A stretch of 14,868 nt of DNA from a virus. Taxonomy: Duplodnaviria; Heunggongvirae; Uroviricota; Caudoviricetes. The translations under genes and the position numbers were made by a program. The notes below the pieces were generated by a model that was given only the letters and a program-made list of their open reading frames with translations, did not search any database and had not been told where the DNA came from. Shown here piece after piece: positions 8,530 to 14,868 of this stretch (positions are counted from its first letter, which is position 1; each line of letters opens with the position of its first letter). The DNA is taken from IMG/VR virus record IMGVR_UViG_2563366990_000002, positions 1 to 14,868 of that record. One strand, 5' to 3'.

Positions 8530-9578
8530 GCAAGAAACGCAGAAACAAAACGTCACGCGTGACGAAAAAAGCATTCACGCCCGCACGTGGCAGCACAATC
8601 ACGTTTGGTCAGCCGGAACCGGTGCTGACCACCGGCACGGACTACCATAACATCTGGTATGACAACGAACACAACCACTGGCAGCTGCCGATTAACCGCC
8701 TGGCACTGGCGCAGCTCCCGAACCTTAACGCCCAGCACGGTGGGGTGCTGTATGCCCGCCGTAACATGGTGGCGGGGGGCTATACCGGTGGTGGTCTCAC
8801 AACGGACCAGATGGAACAGGCGGTATTTGACTACCTGTTGTTCGGCGATCTCGCCCTGCTCAAGGTGCGTAACGTATTCGGCGACGTCGTGGCACTTGAG
8901 CCGCTTCCGTCGCTGTATCTCCGGCGCCGCAAAACCGGTGAGTTCGTGGTGCTTCAGGAAGGTCCCGCGCTGGTCTATACGCCGGAAGATATTATCTTTC
9001 TGCGGATGTATGATCCGCGTCAGCAAATTTACGGGCTGCCGGATTATATCGGTGGCATCCACTCGGCGCTGCTGAACAGCGAGGCCAGCCTTTTTCGTCG
9101 CCGTTACTACAACAACGGGGCGCATATGGGCTTTTTGCTGTATACGAACGACCCTGGGATCACCACGGAGATGGAGGATGAGATCCGCGAGAAGGTGGCG
9201 GAGTCTAAGGGGCTGGGAAATTTCCGCAATCTGTACATCAACATCCCCAAAGGTTCGCCGGATGGGGTGAAAATTATTCCGATTGGTGAGGTGAGCGCCA
9301 AGGATGAATTTTCAAACATCAAGGGGATCAGCGCCCAGGATGTGTTTACGGCACACCGCTTTCCTGCCGGTCTTGCGGGGATTATCCCCACGAACGGGGC
9401 CACCATCCCTAACCCGGAAACGACGCGTGAAACGTACCGCAAGGATGAGGTGATACCGCTTCAGCGTAAAATCATGAACGCCGTGAACAGCGATCCCGAT
9501 ATACCGGAACACCTTTATCTTTGTTTTGATGTGGATGCCGGGCATGTGGCGGAAGAAAAAGCGGTGCCGGTCGGGTAA
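8526..9578 (+). CDS. Q: portal protein, P2 gpQ family
   Basis: 350 aa from ATG at 8526 (MSKKRRNK...), overlapping the gpP stop. Size matches P2 gpQ (about 344 aa) and P-then-Q co-transcription matches P2. Confidence 0.9.
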   Translation: MSKKRRNKTSRVTKKAFTPARGSTITFGQPEPVLTTGTDYHNIWYDNEHNHWQLPINRLALAQLPNLNAQHGGVLYARRNMVAGGYTGGGLTTDQMEQAVFDYLLFGDLALLKVRNVFGDVVALEPLPSLYLRRRKTGEFVVLQEGPALVYTPEDIIFLRMYDPRQQIYGLPDYIGGIHSALLNSEASLFRRRYYNNGAHMGFLLYTNDPGITTEMEDEIREKVAESKGLGNFRNLYINIPKGSPDGVKIIPIGEVSAKDEFSNIKGISAQDVFTAHRFPAGLAGIIPTNGATIPNPETTRETYRKDEVIPLQRKIMNAVNSDPDIPEHLYLCFDVDAGHVAEEKAVPVG

Positions 9579-9615
9579 AATGTCCTCCCCGGAATACGTG
9601 TTATCGGGAGGTAAG

Positions 9616-9879
9616 ATGCGGATTTTTAAAGCCCGGTGTCCTGACTGTGGCGCACCTGCTGTCATCCGGAAGACAGACTGGAAAACCCCTGAACTTGCGG
9701 ATCTGTACTGTGCATGCAGTGATGTCGAATGCGGGCATACCTTCGTCTGTACGATGACCTTTTCCCATACCCTCAGCCCCGGTGCCCGCTCCGGTCGCAA
9801 TATGGTGAAGTTTCTTGTTGATGCCATGCGCCCGGAAGATCGCCGGTATGCGCTTGAACTACTGTCGCGGCGTTCCTGA
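9616..9879 (+). CDS. Ogr/Delta-family C4 zinc-finger transcriptional activator homolog
   Basis: 87 aa from ATG at 9616, preceded by strong GGGAGG at 4-nt spacing. Motif CPDC-x20-C-x-C-x4-C-x2-TF aligns with P2 Ogr (CPLC ... YHQCQNVNCSATF). Has a roughly 40-aa C-terminal extension relative to the zinc-finger core. Confidence 0.8.
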   Translation: MRIFKARCPDCGAPAVIRKTDWKTPELADLYCACSDVECGHTFVCTMTFSHTLSPGARSGRNMVKFLVDAMRPEDRRYALELLSRRS

Positions 9880-9895
9880 CGCGCTTCGCTTGTCT

Positions 9896-9940
9896 GCTGC
9901 TTCGCCGGGGCAAAAAGAATTTTTACCCCGGCGAAGCAGC
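9896..9940. repeat. perfect 15-bp-stem inverted repeat (GCTGCTTCGCCGGGG ... CCCCGGCGAAGCAGC) with A5/T5 loop
   Basis: Read directly from the sequence. Located 17 bp after the Ogr-like gene stop. No U-tract follows on either strand, so it is not a classic intrinsic terminator; could be an RNA stability or termination element or a protein-binding or packaging-related site. Confidence 0.7.
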
Positions 9941-9975
9941 CCTGATAAAGGGGGGGGGTGGTGTAAATTCGGACG

Positions 9976-10007
9976 TTATAAAATTAAAAAAGCGCCGTAA
10001 CGGCGCT
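9976..10007 (-). terminator. rho-independent terminator for the minus-strand 75-aa gene
   Basis: Hairpin AGCGCCG-TAA-CGGCGCT at 9991-10007 followed on the minus strand by TTTTTAATTTT (9976-9990), 30 nt downstream of the stop at 10038. Confidence 0.65.
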
Positions 10008-10037
10008 CGGGTAGAGTATTTATTCATGCAAAAATAG

Positions 10038-10265
10038 TTAATCCGGCTCCCCTCGTATTATTGTTTCTGTATGAATATCGGGAATCTGTTTTGTACCGGA
10101 TAGATATTTTACAGCAAGACTCATTAAGTCATTGTAATTATAATCCCTTCCAGCTACAGCTCCACTCAGGATGTAGGCGTCTTCAATATTGGCTGCGATG
10201 CAGGACAAGATATCAGCTAAAAGGGTTGTATCGTAGTTCGTATAGCGTTTGATTAGATGAGACAT
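10038..10265 (-). CDS. hypothetical 75-aa protein, AT-rich accessory (moron-like) gene
   Basis: ATG at 10265 preceded by GGAGG at 4-nt spacing; own terminator downstream and AT-rich upstream promoter-like region. Local GC is far below the rest of the window. No recognisable family. The ORF track's longer 90-aa version lacks a ribosome-binding site. Confidence 0.6.
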   Translation of the reverse strand: MSHLIKRYTNYDTTLLADILSCIAANIEDAYILSGAVAGRDYNYNDLMSLAVKYLSGTKQIPDIHTETIIRGEPD

Positions 10266-10445
10266 AAAACCTCCGGGTTGCTTATTAATATTGCTGGCGA
10301 AATCAGTCATTGTGTTAGCTATGTAATATTAACAGAAGTGTAAAGTGTTTTTATTCCGGGGTGGTAATGTTGCATATATTTTCTTAGTGTGTGTCGGGTG
10401 AATGAATTGCGTTGCGGTGAAAAAATCGGGCGCGTCAGTGCGGCC

Positions 10446-10601
10446 TTACTGCTGACGGCGTTCCCGGAGTTCGGTCAGTGCTGCAAGTAAATTCTCCCAC
10501 CACGTTTCTTCCACGACCGGGTTTTGTCGTGAAAGCAGCTGCTGTGCCGACTCAATCATTTTCGTAAGCTCTCTGTCGCTGATCCTCCTGGTGCTGTTCA
10601 T
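10446..10601 (-). CDS. hypothetical 51-aa protein
   Basis: ATG at 10601 (MNSTRRISDRELTK...) preceded by AAGGAG at 6-nt spacing; 48 bp downstream of the preceding ORF in the same orientation; weak hairpin plus T6 after the stop. Charged and helical in character. Confidence 0.5.
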   Translation of the reverse strand: MNSTRRISDRELTKMIESAQQLLSRQNPVVEETWWENLLAALTELRERRQQ

Positions 10602-10649
10602 GGTGCGCTCCTTTAGTTGGCTGTTTCTGGTTATGTTCATGGTCTTTGT

Positions 10650-11054
10650 TTACCTGCGTGATTGTCTGCCAGCGGCTGAATGCACATAGCGGGCAATTGC
10701 CGCTTTGCGGTTAATCGATGCCAGTGTTCTGGTGAGTTCTGCGTTGTGTTTGTGTGCCTGCTCTTCGTGGTACTGCCGCATGATTTTTCCGGCAGGCGTG
10801 AGCGGCTCCGGCTCTCCGGGCGGACGGCGCGGACGAACGGCGACAAGCCAGCTGCGGTTGGTGCTGTCCGGTCGTCCGTTGAGTATGTCGGTGATGATGG
10901 TCGTGGTGGTGCGATCGGGACTGACGACCGTGATTTCCAGCTCATCGCCCGGTTGTGGCCCCGTGGCAATGTTGTTCAGGGTCAGTAAGGGCGTGCGCTG
11001 GCGCATCAGTTCGTCAAAACGCTGTCGCTGCATGGCGCAATAAAAGCGGGTCAT
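10650..11054 (-). CDS. hypothetical 134-aa protein, translationally coupled to the replication gene
   Basis: ATG at 11054 overlaps the gpA stop (ATGA at 11051-11054). Pro/Arg-rich sequence with no recognised family. The region is GC-rich with several overlapping alternative-frame ORFs, so coding status is moderately uncertain. Confidence 0.5.
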   Translation of the reverse strand: MTRFYCAMQRQRFDELMRQRTPLLTLNNIATGPQPGDELEITVVSPDRTTTTIITDILNGRPDSTNRSWLVAVRPRRPPGEPEPLTPAGKIMRQYHEEQAHKHNAELTRTLASINRKAAIARYVHSAAGRQSRR

Positions 11055-13570
11055 TGTGGCGCCTCCGTATTCGGTGCGGGGGTGATATCAATGCGGCGGG
11101 TGCTGTCATTCCAGTACGAGGTGCGCCCGTCAGCCAGGCGCACGCGGGCACCGTGACGGACGGAAACGACGGCGCTTTCATGCAGCTGCACGCCCAGCGC
11201 ATCAAGCTCGCGGGTGATTTGTGCGGTGATGTGTGGCTCAGCGGTCAGAGCGACACTCACGCGAACGCCGCCAGCGGGCGCACTGATGCCGCCGTTTTTC
11301 ACGGTTTCCGTGTCAGGTGGCGGGCTTTTCAGCTGCCTGGTGAGTTGTTTTCGCTCTGTGGGGGTCAGTGACCTTAACCATTCACCCAAATCACCTTCCG
11401 GCAGGGTAAGTCGCTGCTCCCTGCGTCCGTCCGGCTGCCTTTCTGGCGGGTCGTTTATGGTCAGATTCTGGTCAGGGGGACAGTTATTGCCACGAGTCCA
11501 AGGTGCGGCAAAGCCGCACTCAACGTCAAAACCCTCGTCCGTGCGGTCTTCGTTTTCCGGCTTACGTCTGACCAGTTTCCAGGTGTCCGGGTGGGTGCAT
11601 ATGGTGTAGCGCTCCCCGAGTGACGGGGCGCGGACGCCGTAAATACGTTGCGGGAATTCGCCGTAGTCGTTGGCCTCTTCGGCAGTTTCGTATGCGGTGC
11701 GGACCAGGTACGTGTTGCGGGGAATGAGCACACCACCCTGGCGGGTGATATAGGTGGCAAAACATCCCACGTCGGCGGCGGCCAGTATGGCGTCAATGTC
11801 GTCATGGTCCAGACGCTGCGGGGCAGCCGGGTTACGGGCCATCTGCCCGGCAAGACGGCGGAGTTCGCGCCATACCTGGCGGGGCGGGATACCGAAGAAC
11901 TGGAACTGGTGGATGCGGTGAAGGCCTGCCCAGCCGATGGCGTTCTCCACGGTTTCGGCCATGGTTTTGCCTGATTCCTTATCGACGTAAGGTTTGCCGG
12001 TTTTCGGGTCATTCCCCATGAAGGTGCTGGCGTCCAGGTTCTTACCGATATAGGTCGCGATATAGCTTGTCGGTGTGCCTTTTGTCGGGTCGATTTTTTC
12101 GCATTTAAAACGCGGGGAGATATCATCACCCAGCTCTGCGCGGTCCTCCCTGATGGCGGCGTTGCGCATGATTTCAGTGATACGGGCTTCGTTTTCCTGG
12201 CTGGTGAATACCAGCATGTGCCAGTGCGGTGTACCGTCGTGGTGGGGCTCCACTGTGCGCACGCCGTACCAGCCCAGCCCGGCCTTGTCGATGGCCCTGC
12301 GGACGGCGGCGAAAAAGCGGTAAACCAGATAATCACTGGCATCGCGTACCGTTGCTCCGCAGTATTTCGGGTTCAGGCTGCCGTCATCGTTCACGCTGTG
12401 AAAACGGGAAGGGGCTGTGACGGTGACGAAAAACGCCACGTCGCCGCGTGCTTCGGCGACCTGCTCCATCCCCCGGACGCAGGCCATCATCTCGTTACGG
12501 CGGTTACGCGGATTAGAGAGACCTGCCCAGTAGATATCCTCAAGGCTGAACCGTTCTCCCTCTTCGTTCTCGATGTCCCAGGCCTTCAGAAAATCGCGGG
12601 TGCGCTGGCGTTTTTCGCGCCAGTCCAGTAACGCTTCATGGCTGATATATACCGACGTCTTACGTGACACCAGGCCTGCGGCGCGTAACAGCTCTTCACG
12701 CCAGATGTCCCGGAGGTGTCTTAACTGACTGTTCCACCATGTCGCACAGGAAAGGCGCATGACCGCACCCGGCACCCGTTCCGGGTCGGGGTCGGTGCGG
12801 CGGTCGGGCCTGATTTCCAGCGACGGCCAGCAGGGTGGCGTGATACCCAGTTTTAACGCCATGTGTGCCAGTGGCTGGTAGGTCAGTAACCAGGTGAGCA
12901 GGTCATCGTCACCCCTGCCGGTCTTTTCGATGACTTCATCACATGCGCGCTCCAGTGCGGTGGAAAACGCGGTGGCGGTCAGGGTGGCAAGGCGCTGGAT
13001 TTCGTCACGGCTCAGCTGTGGCAGCATAAGCAGTTCATCCAGCCGTTCGCGCGCGGCGGTGGCCTTAAAGGCCGGGGTGGCAAAGCGTTCATTCACACGG
13101 GCGATACGTTTCAGGCGGGCACGCAGCCCGTGACGAACGAAGTTATCCGCCGCATATGCGCTGTTATTCTTAAGCCCTTCCCGGCGTGCGCTCTCCTGTT
13201 TGCGGCTCAGGCGCGCCAGGTCACGGATGAGCGGACCGGCAAGAAACGGCGGCAGGGCGCGCAGCTCTGCCATGGCTTCAGATACCAGCGTTGGCGGATT
13301 TTCGCGTTTGTGTCGCGTCAGTTTTTCCAGTCTGATCCGACGCTCTTCGTCGTGATGAAGATGCGAATTAATTCGCTTCCCTTCGTCTGTGGTTGTCAGG
13401 AAGGCGACGGTTTCTTCATCCAGTCTGGCGTCAGTGCGAATATCCTCGTTGATGTAGCTCTGAATGGCCTGGCGTAATGCGGTTGGCTGCGCTCTGCCGA
13501 ACGTTTCAGGATCGATAACCGGTAGCGGGGCGTTCCACGGGTACGCCAGCTGTGCATTGTGGTCACTCAT
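11051..13570 (-). CDS. A: replication initiation endonuclease, P2 gpA family (rolling-circle HUH nickase)
   Basis: 839 aa from ATG at 13570 (MSDHNAQLAYPW...). Contains the HUH-type motif PHWHMLVF characteristic of P2 A / phiX174 A-type rolling-circle initiators; size comparable to P2 gpA (about 761 aa). The track's GTG start at 13579 is less likely than the ATG that overlaps the upstream stop. Confidence 0.9.
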   Translation of the reverse strand: MSDHNAQLAYPWNAPLPVIDPETFGRAQPTALRQAIQSYINEDIRTDARLDEETVAFLTTTDEGKRINSHLHHDEERRIRLEKLTRHKRENPPTLVSEAMAELRALPPFLAGPLIRDLARLSRKQESARREGLKNNSAYAADNFVRHGLRARLKRIARVNERFATPAFKATAARERLDELLMLPQLSRDEIQRLATLTATAFSTALERACDEVIEKTGRGDDDLLTWLLTYQPLAHMALKLGITPPCWPSLEIRPDRRTDPDPERVPGAVMRLSCATWWNSQLRHLRDIWREELLRAAGLVSRKTSVYISHEALLDWREKRQRTRDFLKAWDIENEEGERFSLEDIYWAGLSNPRNRRNEMMACVRGMEQVAEARGDVAFFVTVTAPSRFHSVNDDGSLNPKYCGATVRDASDYLVYRFFAAVRRAIDKAGLGWYGVRTVEPHHDGTPHWHMLVFTSQENEARITEIMRNAAIREDRAELGDDISPRFKCEKIDPTKGTPTSYIATYIGKNLDASTFMGNDPKTGKPYVDKESGKTMAETVENAIGWAGLHRIHQFQFFGIPPRQVWRELRRLAGQMARNPAAPQRLDHDDIDAILAAADVGCFATYITRQGGVLIPRNTYLVRTAYETAEEANDYGEFPQRIYGVRAPSLGERYTICTHPDTWKLVRRKPENEDRTDEGFDVECGFAAPWTRGNNCPPDQNLTINDPPERQPDGRREQRLTLPEGDLGEWLRSLTPTERKQLTRQLKSPPPDTETVKNGGISAPAGGVRVSVALTAEPHITAQITRELDALGVQLHESAVVSVRHGARVRLADGRTSYWNDSTRRIDITPAPNTEAPQ

Positions 13571-13983
13571 GCGTCGCACTCCCCGGCAGTCGCCGCCTGA
13601 AACGCCGCGCGGTACAGCACGAGAAGGCGCTGGTATTCACCGATAAAGTCTTCTGCGGTGTATATGCCTTTCACGGCCACGCTGTGCGTTGTCATTTCCA
13701 GAACAAGCGTCATCTCTGACGACGACCAGCTGATGGCGGTGCTGTCGGTTCCGTTGATGTGAAATAAACCAAAACCATCACCATCGCCTTTCACGTCCAC
13801 GCGGTAACGGCCGTCAACGGTGAAGGAGAAATCCCCGTATGTGGTGACGCGTCTGGCGGCCTGTTTACAGGCGCGGCGGTAATAGTCGTGCCAGTCGTTC
13901 AGGCGGGAAGCCAGCCGGGGATCCACTGCCCACATCCAGTTAAAAAAATCCTGAATATCTGAAAGTCCCTTAACGCTCTTCAT
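13567..13983 (-). CDS. hypothetical 138-aa early-operon protein
   Basis: ATG at 13983 preceded by GGAGG at 5-nt spacing; stop overlaps the gpA start (ATGA at 13567-13570). Position corresponds to the small ORFs upstream of A in P2-like early operons. Confidence 0.6.
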   Translation of the reverse strand: MKSVKGLSDIQDFFNWMWAVDPRLASRLNDWHDYYRRACKQAARRVTTYGDFSFTVDGRYRVDVKGDGDGFGLFHINGTDSTAISWSSSEMTLVLEMTTHSVAVKGIYTAEDFIGEYQRLLVLYRAAFQAATAGECDA

Positions 13984-14051
13984 GAGAACCTCCGGTAACA
14001 GACGTGCGGAAGCCTCCCGCGCACGGGTGCGGGATGGCTTCAGGATGTTGT

Positions 14052-14333
14052 TTAGTGGTGGTGTTGCTGCTGGTTGATAAGGTCCTGCAGTTCTGCCAGG
14101 TCTTCGGCCAGATAGCTGAAGACTGCCGCGTAATACCCGGCAGCGATACCATCGTTAAGTCGATGTAATGCGTTTGACTGCATGATGAAGGTGACAGATG
14201 CAGCCCGATGGAGTCTGCGGTTAATTTCAGTGCGGATGTGAAGACGCTCAGCGCGGGCGCGCTGTTGGTGACTGGAGTTCAGACGTGTGCTCTTCCGATC
14301 TGCGCGGGCGCGCTGTTGTTTGCGGTTTGCCAT
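14052..14333 (-). CDS. hypothetical small early-operon protein, reading frame contaminated by a 51-bp adapter-derived insertion
   Basis: ATG at 14333 preceded by GAGG. The encoded segment ADRKSTRLNSSHQQRAR (and SEEHTSELQSPTARPR in the overlapping 14248..14514 minus-strand track ORF) comes from the Illumina adapter plus duplicated flank; the native protein is probably about 76 aa. Confidence 0.5.
   Translation of the reverse strand: MANRKQQRARADRKSTRLNSSHQQRARAERLHIRTEINRRLHRAASVTFIMQSNALHRLNDGIAAGYYAAVFSYLAEDLAELQDLINQQQHHH
14268..14301 (+). other. Illumina TruSeq adapter sequence (GTGACTGGAGTTCAGACGTGTGCTCTTCCGATCT), assembly contamination
   Basis: Exact 34-nt match to the standard Illumina adapter as I recall it, flanked by a perfect 17-bp direct duplication GCGCGGGCGCGCTGTTG at 14251-14267 and 14302-14318. 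Confidence 0.9.
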
Positions 14334-14505
14334 GGTGTGGCCTCTTTGGTTGTGAATTTTGAAAACTCACCATCCAGAGGTGGAAAACTCGGGGTGGCGA
14401 GGCGTACAGGGTTTCCACAACCGGTAACCAAAGAACCCGGCCCGACCGAAGTCGGCCCCGTACGCCCCGCCATAATTCTGACGCGAAAAAGACGTGGCAA
14501 TACAG

Positions 14506-14531
14506 TACGCACAAAAAAACCGCTGGCGCGG
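14506..14531 (-). terminator. candidate intrinsic terminator on the minus strand
   Basis: On the minus strand, a short stem AACCGC-GCCA-GCGGTT followed by a T7 run (plus-strand A7 at 14513-14519), about 125 nt downstream of the truncated minus-strand ORF ending at 14654. Stem is short, so strength is uncertain. Confidence 0.4.
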
Positions 14532-14653
14532 TTGTGCGCTTTGGTTATCGGCGGGGTGGAAATCCCGGCACCCGTTTTATGAGGTGCGGGAAAACTGTAA
14601 CCCGACCAGGCGAACGCTGGCAAGCGGTTTTTTTGTGTGTGCATGATGATCAC

Positions 14654-14868
14654 TCAGCCCGGTAACAGTTCACAGAGCACTGCGTCAGTTGCGGTGCGGC
14701 GGTGGTAGAGATGAAACGCCGCATCGTCGTTAATGTGCATCTGTATCGTGCTGTTGATGTGTTCAGCGATCATGCAGAACGTCATGTTGTGTATGTCGCG
14801 TAGCTCCGTGACCAGCTCAACCAGATGATCGCTGTATCTGGCGCAATGGTGGTTCTCACCGCATTTTT
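14654..14868 (-). CDS. hypothetical protein, 5'-truncated by the window edge
   Basis: Open frame on the minus strand running from the window end to a TGA at 14654-14656 (...HINSTIQMHINDDAAFHLYHRRTATDAVLCELLPG). Same orientation as the early operon; identity unknown. Confidence 0.45.
   Translation of the reverse strand, partial: KCGENHHCARYSDHLVELVTELRDIHNMTFCMIAEHINSTIQMHINDDAAFHLYHRRTATDAVLCELLPG

Noticed and set aside
9526-9615. Longer 117-aa version of the Ogr-like ORF starting inside the portal gene
   Set aside because: The upstream in-frame ATG lies within gpQ coding sequence and has no ribosome-binding site, whereas the 9616 ATG has a strong GGGAGG; the shorter start was used.
9880-10040. 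Canonical P2 cos site (GGCGAGGCGGGGAAAGCAC) at the expected portal-proximal position
   Set aside because: The 19-mer is not present here; only a partial 9-nt match exists elsewhere at 14394-14402, so no cos site is annotated.
10061-10252. 63-aa plus-strand ORF antisense to the 75-aa gene (possible toxin-antitoxin pair)
   Set aside because: No ribosome-binding site, and it overlaps the better-supported minus-strand gene entirely; probably an AT-rich chance ORF.
10321-10336. LexA (SOS) box upstream of the 75-aa gene
   Set aside because: The CTGT and ACAG half-sites are spaced one base too close for the canonical 16-mer; kept only as a low-interest palindrome.
11461-12342. 293-aa alternate-frame ORF inside the replication gene A, plus several plus-strand ORFs across 11214-12631
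   Set aside because: Pro/Arg/Trp-rich low-complexity translations typical of off-frame reading of GC-rich coding DNA; no independent start signals.
14208-14653. 124-aa ORFs on both strands spanning the adapter and the non-coding region
   Set aside because: They read through the Illumina adapter insertion and the structured non-coding segment; they are created or extended by the artefact.
14340-14653. Possible tRNA or attachment site in the structured non-coding region
   Set aside because: No T-loop-like GTTCGAATC-type motif or cloverleaf arrangement on either strand, and no integrase nearby in the window.

Overview
This window is part of a P2-like (Peduovirus-type) prophage, read directly from the sequence and the ORF translations. 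On the minus strand sits a capsid module in P2 order (scaffold gpO, major capsid gpN, small terminase gpM, head completion gpL), followed by putative tail completion, sheath-like, tube-like and a small membrane protein. Diverging from it on the plus strand are large terminase gpP and portal gpQ, separated from gpO by a 166-bp regulatory region. After the portal comes an Ogr/Delta-family zinc-finger gene, then a short accessory locus (stem-loops, a G9 tract, an AT-rich island with a 75-aa ORF, two small ORFs) that converges with the early replication operon carrying the gpA-like rolling-circle initiator. This Q/A convergent region corresponds positionally to the P2 tin/old cargo locus and is the best candidate for novel biology, but I see no recognisable multi-gene defence system, only small uncharacterised ORFs. 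A 34-nt Illumina TruSeq adapter flanked by a 17-bp duplication is embedded at 14251-14318, an assembly artefact. No rRNA, tRNA, CRISPR array, integrase or transposase was found. All family assignments rest on recalled motifs and gene order, not on a database search.
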